DNA of 64,000 nucleotides from Candidatus Levyibacteriota bacterium (GTDB taxonomy: Bacteria; Patescibacteriota; Microgenomatia; Levybacterales; UBA12049). The stretch spans positions 253,681 to 317,680 of the forward strand of contig CAWBPM010000003.1 of the NCBI GenBank assembly GCA_963790825.1, given 5' to 3'. Shown piece by piece: positions 48,500 through 58,070 of this stretch. Position 1 is the stretch's first letter. Every line of letters starts with the position of its first letter. A program made the translations under genes and the position numbers. The notes beneath the pieces are model-generated. The model did not search any database. It was not told the origin of the DNA and worked only from the letters and a program-made list of their open reading frames with translations.

Positions 48500-49675
48500 T
48501 TATCGCAAATACTGTAGTGCTTCCAGTACAACGTCAGTCAACACTTTTTCAGGTCCCCACACAACACCAAGTAACTCTTCTCTACCCAGAAAATCCCGCA
48601 TCAGAGATAATCCTTCTTCCTGGTTCGGGCCGCCGCGGCGAACGAAAATTTTTACGTTTTGTTTTTGAAGCATATTTTTTACCTCTTCAAGCGCTTTTAG
48701 AATTCCCCGAAAGGTAATTCGAACATCGGTAAAATTAGCAACTCCGCCGCCTATTACTAATGCCTTCTTTTTCGCAGAAGAAACTAAGAGAAGATCGAGC
48801 AAATTTTTAGCATAGATATATGATTCTTCTTCAGTCGGGTTTCCGCTATATTCGCCGTAATTGGCAACTTCCCGTCCAAGCCCTTGGTTATATGCTTCGT
48901 CTGCCAGGGCAATACTAGCGCCTCCTCCTGAGAGTATCATAAAAAGACTGCCGTTTGGATTTAGAACAGTAAGGTTGAATGCCGACTGGCTGTTTTCTGC
49001 CAATTTCAGGATGTTTTCTTCCTGAGTAGTTTTCGGCTTGCTTTCCCTGAAGTCTGCACTTGTCCATGCACCTTTAACCATAGATTCAGCTGCGCTATCA
49101 ACTTCCACCGCAGCATCAAGAAAAAATAAAGAATCCTTGCGGACCAAAAGAGGATTTATCTCGAGAAAAGAAAAATAATACTGATCAAATAGATCAATGA
49201 GTTTTGCTAACAAATTCTTAGGTAAAGAAGGAATTTCAATTTGCTGCAACCTTTCCTTCCTGCTTATAATTTTCTTTACAATTTTTTCGGGGTGTTGTTC
49301 TATGTCTACTCCACCTTGTTCTGAGAAAAGCAGCATGTAGCCCTCCCGCACTCTTTCAAGTGAAAGGTATTTTTCTTGTTTATTTTCATGTGCGATATAC
49401 GGTTCAATAAAAAATTGCCTGTAGCCTTTTTTTTGCCAATCTTCTATATTACGCTCTATCTCTTTAGCCATTTTGTTAATAGCCACCAATCCTTTTTTAA
49501 ACCTGCCTTTTACGCCTTGATCAACTTTTACAACGTAAAACGCAGTTTTATCAAGACTTTGTATCATTATTTGTAGATTTTCACTGGCCAAATAACATAA
49601 GCCTGGTTTTGGATCCTTAACAAGTGGCGAAAGCAATTGTTTGGCTTTGTATTCGCTGATCTTTTTTCTTGCCAT
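48500..49675 (-). CDS. aclB: ATP-citrate lyase small subunit (ATP-grasp, SucC-like)
   Basis: MARKKISEYKAKQLL... ATP-grasp succinyl-CoA-synthetase-beta-like fold, 391 aa, 12 bp upstream of aclA. Confidence 0.7.
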   Translation of the reverse strand: MARKKISEYKAKQLLSPLVKDPKPGLCYLASENLQIMIQSLDKTAFYVVKVDQGVKGRFKKGLVAINKMAKEIERNIEDWQKKGYRQFFIEPYIAHENKQEKYLSLERVREGYMLLFSEQGGVDIEQHPEKIVKKIISRKERLQQIEIPSLPKNLLAKLIDLFDQYYFSFLEINPLLVRKDSLFFLDAAVEVDSAAESMVKGAWTSADFRESKPKTTQEENILKLAENSQSAFNLTVLNPNGSLFMILSGGGASIALADEAYNQGLGREVANYGEYSGNPTEEESYIYAKNLLDLLLVSSAKKKALVIGGGVANFTDVRITFRGILKALEEVKNMLQKQNVKIFVRRGGPNQEEGLSLMRDFLGREELLGVVWGPEKVLTDVVLEALQYLR

Positions 49676-49702
49676 AATTGGAGTTTATTGAAGTATTAGA
49701 TG

Positions 49703-50182
49703 TTATGAAATAGCGACAATTTTATAGACAATTTTTCCGGCGGGTGCTTCGACCTCTATACTTTCTCCGACTTTCTTGCCTAAGAGTGCTTTCCCCAGCG
49801 GTGACTCATGAGAAATTTTTCTTTCATTCGGATCTGCCTCCCATTCTCCGACTACCGTGTAATTTTCTTGTTTACCGTCAACACGAAGTTTAACCGTCGA
49901 ACCAAGTTGAATCGATCGTTTTGCTGATACTTTGGATTTTTTGCCGTCTTTAATAACGACAACTTCTTTTAATAGTATTTCAATCTCATCTATTCTGCCG
50001 TCAATAAAGGACAACTCTTCGCGCGCCGCGTGATACTCGGCGTTTTCGGACAGATCTCCCATGTCACGAGCTTCGGATACGCGCGTTACGACCCGTGGCC
50101 GTTTAATACGCTTTAACTCGTCATATTCTTTTTTTAACTCGCTCAAACCCTCCCGGGTAAGATATATCTTTTTTGTGTCCAT
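49703..50182 (-). CDS. greA: transcription elongation factor GreA
   Basis: IYLTREGLSELKKEYDELKRIKRPRVVTRVSEARDMGDLSENAEYHAAREE coiled-coil plus FKBP-like C-domain; start taken at MDTKK (50180-50182) rather than ORF-track 50260. Confidence 0.85.
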   Translation of the reverse strand: MDTKKIYLTREGLSELKKEYDELKRIKRPRVVTRVSEARDMGDLSENAEYHAAREELSFIDGRIDEIEILLKEVVVIKDGKKSKVSAKRSIQLGSTVKLRVDGKQENYTVVGEWEADPNERKISHESPLGKALLGKKVGESIEVEAPAGKIVYKIVAIS

Positions 50183-50505
50183 ATATACTATTTTAACAAT
50201 AAACTCCCAGCGACATTGCAAGGGAGAGTAAATAACCTGGGTGATAAAATCTTTCACCAAGTATAGGAAAAATTAGTGGATTTGTCAATGTATCGTTTTG
50301 CCGGAGATGTTTTTTGCCGGAGATCTCTGAGGTCACGAGATGGGCAATAATGATTTCATCCTGATCCCGCCCGGAGAAGCTACAGTCACTCCGGAGCCGA
50401 ACTGTGAATTTTTAATCCGTTTGACTTATCGATTAGCCTGATTTGACGACGATTCAGCATAAATGTGGTCTATCTCTTGAATTGCTTTCATTATTCCCTA
50501 ATTTT

Positions 50506-51597
50506 TCAGCTTGATTTACTTACCGGTTTCTTTATCCGTTTAAGTCTTCGTTGTCTATAATCATCTATCGGACTTTCAAAGAAAATAAAAATAAGATAAG
50601 AAAATAATAAAGTGATAATTATTGTTATGATGGGAAAAATGTTCTTATCTATCTTGGCAAAAGGCATATTCAGCAGTAGTAATATTATTAATGAATGAGA
50701 AATATACACCGGATATGAAAGATTACCTAAAAGGTTATCCAGTTTACTGTTTTTTAAGTAGACGAAAATATATGGAATCGTTATTATCAGTAAAAAGTAA
50801 TATATCCATTCAACCGGATTGAGAATAAAATGATTTAATTTTGCTAAAAAAGTGTATCCCAAAGTGAATACAATAATTAAGAGAAATAAAATCCTGCTTA
50901 ATCCAATATTTGCCTTTCTTTTCTGTAGCCGGGCATATAATTTATATGAGAGAGTTCCTGAAAGAAAAAACATTATTATGCCTGGAAAAAAACGCATAGT
51001 ATACAATACTACTCCACTTGTCTGTGTCTCGTCATACTTAAAAACTAATACTCTCAGAAGAAAACTTAATAGAATACAACTCGTAACCAGGAGTACTTTT
51101 CTTCGGACAAGAAAAGGTGCTATAAAATAAAATAATAACTCTATCCCCAGTGTCCATGATTGTCCGATCAATAATGGACTGCTGCTGGTCGGGTTAATGG
51201 TGAAATAAGCCGGTGAGGTAAAAATAAAAATATTTCCACTGAGATCGCTGAATGATTGATAAATCAGTGGAATCCCGTGAATATTCTTATAATTTTGCAA
51301 TATGCCCACAAGCGGATTCAGACTGAAGTGACCTAGTCCAAACAATACAAATGAAACAATGCCGGTTAATAATAAAATGAGCCAGTAAGTGGGATAAATA
51401 CGTAATAATCTATTTGAGATAAATAACCTGTATGGTACTTTTGCATATTTATTATTGAGAATAAGAGACATGTAAAAACCTGAGAGTATGTAGAAAGATT
51501 GCACCGCTGTTTTTGCATCTATTAGCTGATATTTATATATTGATCCGGCATGGGCCATGATGATACTTATCGCCAAAAACAGCCTTAATAATCCCAT
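50506..51597 (-). CDS. acyltransferase family 3 membrane protein (OafA/YrhL-like O-acyltransferase)
   Basis: MGLLRLFLAISIIMAHAGS... with ~10 TM helices, typical acyl_transf_3 N-terminus. Confidence 0.7.
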   Translation of the reverse strand: MGLLRLFLAISIIMAHAGSIYKYQLIDAKTAVQSFYILSGFYMSLILNNKYAKVPYRLFISNRLLRIYPTYWLILLLTGIVSFVLFGLGHFSLNPLVGILQNYKNIHGIPLIYQSFSDLSGNIFIFTSPAYFTINPTSSSPLLIGQSWTLGIELLFYFIAPFLVRRKVLLVTSCILLSFLLRVLVFKYDETQTSGVVLYTMRFFPGIIMFFLSGTLSYKLYARLQKRKANIGLSRILFLLIIVFTLGYTFLAKLNHFILNPVEWIYYFLLIITIPYIFVYLKNSKLDNLLGNLSYPVYISHSLIILLLLNMPFAKIDKNIFPIITIIITLLFSYLIFIFFESPIDDYRQRRLKRIKKPVSKSS

Positions 51598-51634
51598 ATG
51601 TTAATGATACTATATGTAAAGTAGGGAAGTGACA

Positions 51635-52540
51635 TTAATCCGGGTTCAGTGTATAGTTTTGAGTTCCCAAACCCAGTTTTTCAGCATAGGCAAATATATC
51701 AGATCCGGGGAAGGCAGTTCTGCCTTCACGTTTTGTAATCAAATCAAAACAGGCTTTATCAATTGCTACCGGGTCGAGAGATGCAAATATACCTAAATCC
51801 CTGTAAACTGGTTTCATCTCTTCTCCGTCGCAATCGCAGTTTTCCGTCATATTTATAGCAAATGTCAAATAAATATACTGCTTTTTATTAACCGCCGATA
51901 ATGCATATTCCGCCAATCTCTCCCGGAAAACGTCACCATGATATTGCTTCTCCCAATCCGACCAGTCAATCGTCTTTTGACCGGGTGTGTAATTTTTACA
52001 ATGAACTTCCATTTTCCCCTGTCCCGAGGCAAACCCAATCCCCAACATTTTCAGTGCAGAACCGAATCCGCCGTCTATATGTCCTTTAAAATGACTAAAC
52101 ACGATCACCTGCGATTTATTCGCCAGTTCACTGGCAATACGACAGGCTTTAAAATATTTTCCCTTGCTAATTGGTATCAGTTTATGATCATCTCCGTTTT
52201 CCCCGTCCGCTATGACGACAGGCAGAGTGGTAAATCCGTGAAGTCTTGCAACTTTTAAGTGACTTTCCCGCCTGGAGCGCACACCGGTCGCGCTATTTGT
52301 CTCAATAAAAAACGGTTTCAGCCCTTTTGCGACCATATACCCGATTAGGTCCTGATAGATAACAGGTTTAATAAATGTTACATTCCCGGGTTCGCCGGTA
52401 TGAATCTTCAGGGGAAGGTCGTGTTCTAAAATAATATTATTCTCTTCAACGATTGCCGCAAATAACTTTTTAGCAATTTTAGCAATGTCTCTTGTGTTTT
52501 CGTCGGTTATGGGATAATAATATACCTTTGCTTTTTTCAT
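51635..52540 (-). CDS. DUF362-like protein, hypothetical
   Basis: 301-aa soluble ORF; VIVFSHFKGHIDGGFGSALKMLGIG and Cys cluster CDCDGEE resemble DUF362 family members (weak, from memory). Confidence 0.4.
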   Translation of the reverse strand: MKKAKVYYYPITDENTRDIAKIAKKLFAAIVEENNIILEHDLPLKIHTGEPGNVTFIKPVIYQDLIGYMVAKGLKPFFIETNSATGVRSRRESHLKVARLHGFTTLPVVIADGENGDDHKLIPISKGKYFKACRIASELANKSQVIVFSHFKGHIDGGFGSALKMLGIGFASGQGKMEVHCKNYTPGQKTIDWSDWEKQYHGDVFRERLAEYALSAVNKKQYIYLTFAINMTENCDCDGEEMKPVYRDLGIFASLDPVAIDKACFDLITKREGRTAFPGSDIFAYAEKLGLGTQNYTLNPD

Positions 52541-52668
52541 ATAATTAAACGCGGTGCTAATGATTATATAATAATAAACATAAACCCGTCCATCTTTGTT
52601 TTAAAAGCCGGGAAACATAAAATATAGTTAGAAAATATTTTATCTGTGTCAAGCCTTTTTTATAACTG

Positions 52669-53400
52669 TTGACAAGGAGTAACTCGACTGTTACACTTAC
52701 TTTTATTGTTATGCGAACGGAGCGTCAACTCAATCTAATCAGGCAATCCGCAGAAGGAAGTAAAATACGAAATCCGAAGCCCGTTATCCATACGTTCTTT
52801 CCTGTAGAACAATCCGACGCCGAAAAAGCCATTGCTAAAGTGTATACGGCGGAAGTGATGAGTGATAACGAGACCAAACAACACCTCTTCGATTGTATGC
52901 GACAGGAAAATCCTGTGCTTAGCAGACAGATAGTATTTTCTTTCCGGGATTTTAGCGTGACCGATCCGGAATTTTCGACATACTACCTCATCGGTGCACT
53001 CGGAGGATACCACACGCTGCGTGAATCGGCTAAGAGACAAAACGGAAGATTGCCGAAGGTTAAACATTCTATGATAGAAGGAACGAGAACAGAGCAGATA
53101 GGTGGAGAAGATGCCCTTCGCGAAATAGAAGAAGCCGTTAATCAATTGGGCATAGTGGAAAAGAATACGCCGGTTGTTGTCTATTCCGCAGAGCTGGACC
53201 GGCGCCGTGAAGCTTTTTACGAAAACGAACAGGGAATATCACAGGCGATAGAGAAGGTTTTAGGAGTTCCGGAAGATAACGGAGACAGCGAAGATGACGG
53301 AGAAGAGCAAGCTCTTACTGCGTTTCGAGAAGGAGTACTTGCTGTCGCATCGGTTTTCCAAAGATATCAGGAAGTGCATGCTCTGGAAAAATTCTATTAA
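52669..53400 (+). CDS. hypothetical protein in GC-richer segment
   Basis: 243-aa ORF (start may be MRTERQ at ~52714); acidic C-terminus; composition differs from flanks. Confidence 0.35.
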   Translation: MTRSNSTVTLTFIVMRTERQLNLIRQSAEGSKIRNPKPVIHTFFPVEQSDAEKAIAKVYTAEVMSDNETKQHLFDCMRQENPVLSRQIVFSFRDFSVTDPEFSTYYLIGALGGYHTLRESAKRQNGRLPKVKHSMIEGTRTEQIGGEDALREIEEAVNQLGIVEKNTPVVVYSAELDRRREAFYENEQGISQAIEKVLGVPEDNGDSEDDGEEQALTAFREGVLAVASVFQRYQEVHALEKFY

Positions 53401-53480
53401 CCCTAATCCCGCTCCAAAGCCAATTTCTTTTCAGAAATTGGCTTCAAATAGATTTGTTAAGAGAATAAATAAAATAATCT

Positions 53481-53756
53481 TTATCCCTTAATAATATTGA
53501 GTACTTCATGTATCTCAGGTTGTCCGGGATCAATATTATATTTATGCATGATAGGCATCAGGGTTTCCCCGAACTTATTAAATAAGTCCTGAGACTGCCA
53601 AACATCTATCACGGTAAAACCCTCCTGCGTAGTAAACCCCATGTGGTACTGACGCCCTTCGGGCATTCCTGCTCCGGCACTTTCGAGTTCTTTAATAGAC
53701 TGGTTGTAATTGGTCGGATTCATCCCTTTCAGGCGGAAAATCATTACAAGTGACAT
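53481..53756 (-). CDS. hypothetical small protein
   Basis: 91-aa ORF with RBS-like GGAGGTG upstream (minus strand). Confidence 0.35.
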   Translation of the reverse strand: MSLVMIFRLKGMNPTNYNQSIKELESAGAGMPEGRQYHMGFTTQEGFTVIDVWQSQDLFNKFGETLMPIMHKYNIDPGQPEIHEVLNIIKG

Positions 53757-54060
53757 TGGTTAATCACCTCCTTTCTTATTTTAAGTATCTAAGTACACTT
53801 ACGCACTTGTTGTCATCCTGAGGATAAATGCCGGAGGATCTAGATTCTTCGCTACGCTCAGAATGACAATTTTTGCGTAAGTCGTATAAGTATCTTTTAA
53901 AACTAAGAGATATACATTATAGATGTGTAAGAAATAGGGATGTAAATCCGGACTGCGTTTTTACTTCGAGGAATTGAAAATCGAAGATTCCAAATAAACC
54001 AATGCCTGCCTTTCCAACTTGTCCCTCGTAGCTTTAGCGGCGGAGCAAGGAGGGTCCAGA

Positions 54061-54141
54061 ATCCGCAATTCAACAATCTAACACTTTATAAATTGCACAT
54101 TATACATTTTTCATTTTTCTTAATACCTAATTGACAATGCT
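54061..54141 (+). repeat. direct repeat copy A (~80 bp; 39-bp core 54099..54137 identical to 59570..59608), ends in TTGACAA
   Basis: Core ATTATACATTTTTCATTTTTCTTAATACCTAATTGACAA identical in both copies; upstream ~40 bp similar (TCCGCAATT...TTTATAAATTG.ACATT). Confidence 0.7.
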
Positions 54142-54150
54142 TTAGTCTGC

Positions 54151-54519
54151 GTGGCATCATTTAATTATATGAAGGTTATCAATTTTATCACGGGGTTTAT
54201 TATCGTTATGCTTCCGGTGTTTTGGGTAAGTATTGCACTCGTTGGATCGATCGGACTACTTATACTTCGGGGCAATACATTTCTTCTGTCCATTATTACT
54301 TTTGCGATTGCACTCATTTTTACTGTTATCTTGTCAACAATTCTCGGGATGGCACTCGGTAATTCATTGGTCAAAGGTGGTGGCAATGCTCTCGTAGCCA
54401 GAATTCTCGCTCTTGTCATTGTGGTCGGTATATTCTGTTTTATCTTCTTTTTTGCTGTGCATTTATCAGTGGCGAGCCAAGCTCTGCCGACTACTTCGCT
54501 GCTAAATCCGGGCAAATGA
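54151..54519 (+). CDS. small membrane protein (3 TM), hypothetical
   Basis: 122-aa hydrophobic ORF directly downstream of repeat copy A. Confidence 0.35.
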   Translation: MASFNYMKVINFITGFIIVMLPVFWVSIALVGSIGLLILRGNTFLLSIITFAIALIFTVILSTILGMALGNSLVKGGGNALVARILALVIVVGIFCFIFFFAVHLSVASQALPTTSLLNPGK

Positions 54520-54670
54520 GTTTGTCGCTGAGCAGAATTTCTTGTCAAATCCACATCGTCATCATCTTTGTCATTGCAAGGATGACCACTTTAGTAGACA
54601 GACCAAAGAGAAATTAAAACTGCCGAAACAAGGCTTCAAGAATATGACTCAAAGAAAAAATAGGAAGATA

Positions 54671-54699
54671 TTGACAAATATCGCAAAATTGCTATAATA
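54671..54699 (+). promoter_or_regulatory. consensus sigma-70 promoter TTGACA-N17-TATAAT upstream of XRE regulator
   Basis: TTGACA 54671-54676, TATAAT 54694-54699, then GGAAGGG RBS and ATG 54729. Confidence 0.55.
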
Positions 54700-54728
54700 T
54701 AGTGGAATTTAATAGGAAGGGTATCTAT

Positions 54729-55001
54729 ATGGACTGGAGTACACATAAAAAACAATTATTAAAAGATCCGAAAGTAAGACAAGCCTTAAAAGAGACTGAA
54801 TTAGAATATCAGGTAGCTCGTGCTGTAATTGAAGCGAGAATTAATAAGGGATTAACTCAACAAGATTTAGCACAAAAACTCAATACAACTCAATCTGTTA
54901 TTTCTCGTGTAGAAAATGCGAAAACTACACCTACACTTGGTTTTCTTAAAAGGTTAGCGACTGCACTGAATGCATCTCTACAAGTTCAGTTTAAAGCTTA
55001 A
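54729..55001 (+). CDS. XRE-family helix-turn-helix transcriptional regulator (HigA/antitoxin-like)
   Basis: LTQQDLAQKLNTTQSVISRVENAKTTPTLGFLKRLATAL HTH_XRE signature; start taken at ATG 54729 (MDWSTHKK) instead of ORF-track 54702. Confidence 0.7.
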   Translation: MDWSTHKKQLLKDPKVRQALKETELEYQVARAVIEARINKGLTQQDLAQKLNTTQSVISRVENAKTTPTLGFLKRLATALNASLQVQFKA

Positions 55002-55264
55002 CCTACTCTCCGCAATTTTATCTTTAATTGTCTGCTCAGATAAATAATCTGAATTACTCAAGTATTAGGTGTAGAAAGCCGGTCATATCGGCGGGAAAGG
55101 AAGAAGAAAATAATACCGGCTGCCCCGAAACCTTTTTAGGATCCATATCCCCTTCTCTATTTAGGACATGCAGATTGTCTACCTGGCTGGAAATGGCTTT
55201 GTTTAAGATCGAGCCAAGCTGCAGAAAGTCCTCATTCGTGCGTGATATTCGTTAATTTGGGTAC

Positions 55265-55291
55265 TTGACAACTCCTGTTATTAGGTATAAT
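55265..55291 (+). promoter_or_regulatory. near-consensus sigma-70 promoter TTGACA-N15-TATAAT immediately upstream of ATPase gene
   Basis: TTGACA 55265-55270, TATAAT 55286-55291; ATG at 55301 only ~9 nt downstream (short or leaderless mRNA). Confidence 0.4.
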
Positions 55292-55300
55292 AATGGGAGT

Positions 55301-56440
55301 ATGGATCCCAATATTAAGTATATTAAGCGTGATTTGGAAGCTACTCTCCATACTTACCTTAACAAAGGTAAGGTTATTGTGTTATATGGAGCTCGACAAG
55401 TTGGGAAAACAACTCTTACTCAAAATCTTTTCAATGATAAAAATAACGTATTATATCTCTCATGTGACCAATCCCGTATTCAAGAACAGATAGTCCCTGA
55501 TGCATTAGCGCTTAGTAGGGTAATTACTGATTATAAAAATGTTATTTTCGATGAAGCGCAATATCTTAGTGACCCTGGATTAATTTTAAAAATCTTTACA
55601 GACAATTTTCCGGATAAAAATGTAATTGCTTCGGGATCATCCTCATTCGATCTTGCTCATAAATTAACGGAGCCATTAACAGGACGGCACTATAAATTTT
55701 TACTTTTCCCATTAGTACTATCTGAAATGGCACATTCAGTATCTCCGATAGATATAAAGTTCCAACTTGAACAAGCTCTTATTTATGGAACTTATCCTGA
55801 AGTTTTTAAACAAAAAACTAATGAGGACAAAATATTAATTTTACAAACATTAACTGACGCTTATCTCTATAAAGATATACTGACTTTTAATCTTGTAAAA
55901 AACAGTCAAAAAGTAAAAGAACTATTGATTGCGCTTGCACTACAAGTCGGTAACGAAGTTTCTTATTCTGAACTTGCTAATACTGTAGGCATTGATAGAA
56001 AAACCATTGAATATTACATCGACCTGTTGGAAAAATCCTTTGTGATTTTCAGATTGTTCGGATTTAGTCGAAACTTAAGAAGCGAGATAAACAGAAAAGT
56101 TAAAATATATTTCTACGATACAGGTGTTAGAAATACGCTCATTAATAATTTTAATGACTTGACACTTCGTAATGACGGCGGTGCAATATTTGAAAATTTT
56201 GCCGTAGCAGAAATGGTTAAAAAAGAAGCAAATAAACCACAGAAAGCAAACTTTTATTTTTGGAGAACATATGAACAGAAAGAGATCGACTTAATATCTG
56301 AAAAAAACGGGGTTATTACTGCATATGAAATGAAACTACATAAACCTAAGAAGATAAACAGCTTTACATCATTTCAAGAATTATATCCGGGAAGCAAATT
56401 GAACATTATCACGCTTGATAAACTTCTCGAAGAGATATAA
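55301..56440 (+). CDS. AAA+ superfamily ATPase of the COG1373 / AAA_14-DUF4143 type
   Basis: VIVLYGARQVGKTTL P-loop close to N-terminus, DEAQ Walker B, C-terminal DUF4143-like region; ORF-track start 55265 is a TTG inside the promoter, ATG 55301 preferred. Confidence 0.65.
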   Translation: MDPNIKYIKRDLEATLHTYLNKGKVIVLYGARQVGKTTLTQNLFNDKNNVLYLSCDQSRIQEQIVPDALALSRVITDYKNVIFDEAQYLSDPGLILKIFTDNFPDKNVIASGSSSFDLAHKLTEPLTGRHYKFLLFPLVLSEMAHSVSPIDIKFQLEQALIYGTYPEVFKQKTNEDKILILQTLTDAYLYKDILTFNLVKNSQKVKELLIALALQVGNEVSYSELANTVGIDRKTIEYYIDLLEKSFVIFRLFGFSRNLRSEINRKVKIYFYDTGVRNTLINNFNDLTLRNDGGAIFENFAVAEMVKKEANKPQKANFYFWRTYEQKEIDLISEKNGVITAYEMKLHKPKKINSFTSFQELYPGSKLNIITLDKLLEEI

Positions 56441-56747
56441 TTCTTTTTTTTTGTTTGGGGGTGCACTACTCTCTTAAGTTACTACTCATGCCTACTCCTC
56501 CCCGTTTGGGACTACGCGAATTTCCTATTTTGGATATTTACCGCTTCCACGTGTTCAACTACTGATTGAGAATAAAGAATGTTTGATCCTTGCTTAGAGA
56601 AACCAAAGAGGTTCCCGGTAGATCTAAGAAAAAGTAAAAAACAGTGTTTTATTGACAAACCTACGCCCAAATGATTACGATTAAAAATCCTTTCGCAGCC
56701 CAAAAATACGTCGCCAATTCCAAATAACCCCGATAAGAAATCTGTAA

Positions 56748-57506
56748 TTACTCTTTTGTAGCATTTAAGCTTTTTTCTGAAAGTAAAAATGTATAAATTA
56801 TTTCAATTTCTTCTGGAATAAGAGTGGCATTTGGTTTATGAAGAATAAGCCAATTATGAAATTTATGTTCTCCGATCCAAATTCCCGGTTCTATTTCTCC
56901 TTTAATGGTATTTTTATCTATATTTCCATTAACAAATTCCAGCACACTTGTTACGTTATACAGTTTATTGAATTGTTGTTGTAAATTAGTACTTAACCAA
57001 TTTTTCTCCGCCCAAGTTTGCTTAATATAATCTTTTTCTGGAAGTCTATTGTTAATAAAAAGCTGTCCATTTCTGAAACTTATGATGCCTCTATGCGCTT
57101 TTACTTCAATTGTGAAAATTCCCGTCGGTCCGATAATTATATTATCTATGTTTCCTCTACCTGTACTAAAATCGTTAATCCATTTATATCCCGTAGGTAA
57201 TTCTTCAAGAGATTTATCTACTTTCCATTCTGCTCCGGCGCCTTTTCCCCAGGTTTGATAATTCCTCTTTATATCTCGCCAATTTTGTTTATCCCATCGT
57301 TTTATAATATTAAAGATTATGTATACAATTATTGAAGCAATAATAACACCCGTAGATGTATAAGCAACATCTTGCGCCATCTTGAGATACATAAATGCCA
57401 CAAATAATGCAAAAACTCCGAGAATTATTCCAATCCAGCGGAAAATCTTTTTGTTCTTAATATATGTTTTGTATGTATATGAATCTTTATTATCAGCCAT
57501 GAACAA
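56748..57506 (-). CDS. membrane-anchored NERD (nuclease-related domain) protein
   Basis: Two N-terminal TM helices, then GRGNIDNIIIGPTGIFTIEVKAHRGII, characteristic of NERD domains. Confidence 0.6.
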   Translation of the reverse strand: MFMADNKDSYTYKTYIKNKKIFRWIGIILGVFALFVAFMYLKMAQDVAYTSTGVIIASIIVYIIFNIIKRWDKQNWRDIKRNYQTWGKGAGAEWKVDKSLEELPTGYKWINDFSTGRGNIDNIIIGPTGIFTIEVKAHRGIISFRNGQLFINNRLPEKDYIKQTWAEKNWLSTNLQQQFNKLYNVTSVLEFVNGNIDKNTIKGEIEPGIWIGEHKFHNWLILHKPNATLIPEEIEIIYTFLLSEKSLNATKE

Positions 57507-57638
57507 TAGTATTTCTACTTAACCTGTGCACCTTCATTATTCCGCCCATCGAAGAGCTTTGTCAAACAGAAAGAGGTTGTCTTGGGAATGCGGGATATCG
57601 CATTCGTCTTTTGTATCTAGCTTCATCACAAAGAAAAC

Positions 57639-58070
57639 TTAAGGTAAATATAATTTGACGAACTTCTTCTGTTCGTTAACTTCAATTAGGGGAAATTTAT
57701 CCATAAATCCCTCTCTCCCTAGGATAGGCATATTTTGATCAAATGAGAAATCTATTTCTGTTACAAAATTAATTCCTCCAACAAATAGTTTTACTGTATG
57801 TGTATATGCATCTATTGGTTTGCTTACTCCTATTCCTCCAATTTTTTTATTTATACCTTTTTTCACATCGATTCCTAAATTAGCTGCTATAATTGCAGGA
57901 AATAAATTCCTATCCGATCCTGTATCAAATAATGCTTCGATTTTATGCAAGAACATCTTATGGTTCATCGATAGCATCAATGGTATTCTTGGACGAAGCA
58001 CAGTTACCTGCTTACCGGTAACGTTGTTTATATTGGCATCAGGAACATAATAAAATGTCACATTTTTCAT
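57639..58070 (-). CDS. retropepsin-like (clan AA) aspartic protease
   Basis: EALFDTGSDRNLFPAIIAANLGI with DTGS active-site motif in a 143-aa protein; start overlaps transposase stop by 1 nt. Confidence 0.55.
   Translation of the reverse strand: MKNVTFYYVPDANINNVTGKQVTVLRPRIPLMLSMNHKMFLHKIEALFDTGSDRNLFPAIIAANLGIDVKKGINKKIGGIGVSKPIDAYTHTVKLFVGGINFVTEIDFSFDQNMPILGREGFMDKFPLIEVNEQKKFVKLYLP

Noticed and set aside
53990-54070. tRNA-like fragment (GGCGGAGCAAGGAGGGTCCAGAATCCGC) that could mark an integration site for the repeat-flanked island
   Set aside because: No acceptor/T-arm complementarity consistent with a tRNA cloverleaf; GGGTCCAGAATCC does not form a proper T-stem.
55028-55255. 75-aa plus-strand ORF between the XRE gene and the ATPase gene
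   Set aside because: Overlaps the promoter region of the ATPase gene, has no RBS, and its product is low complexity; treated as spurious.
55293-55493. 66-aa ORF (MGVWIPILSI...) overlapping the ATPase gene start in another frame
   Set aside because: Alternative frame of the first 60 codons of the well-supported P-loop ATPase; no independent support.
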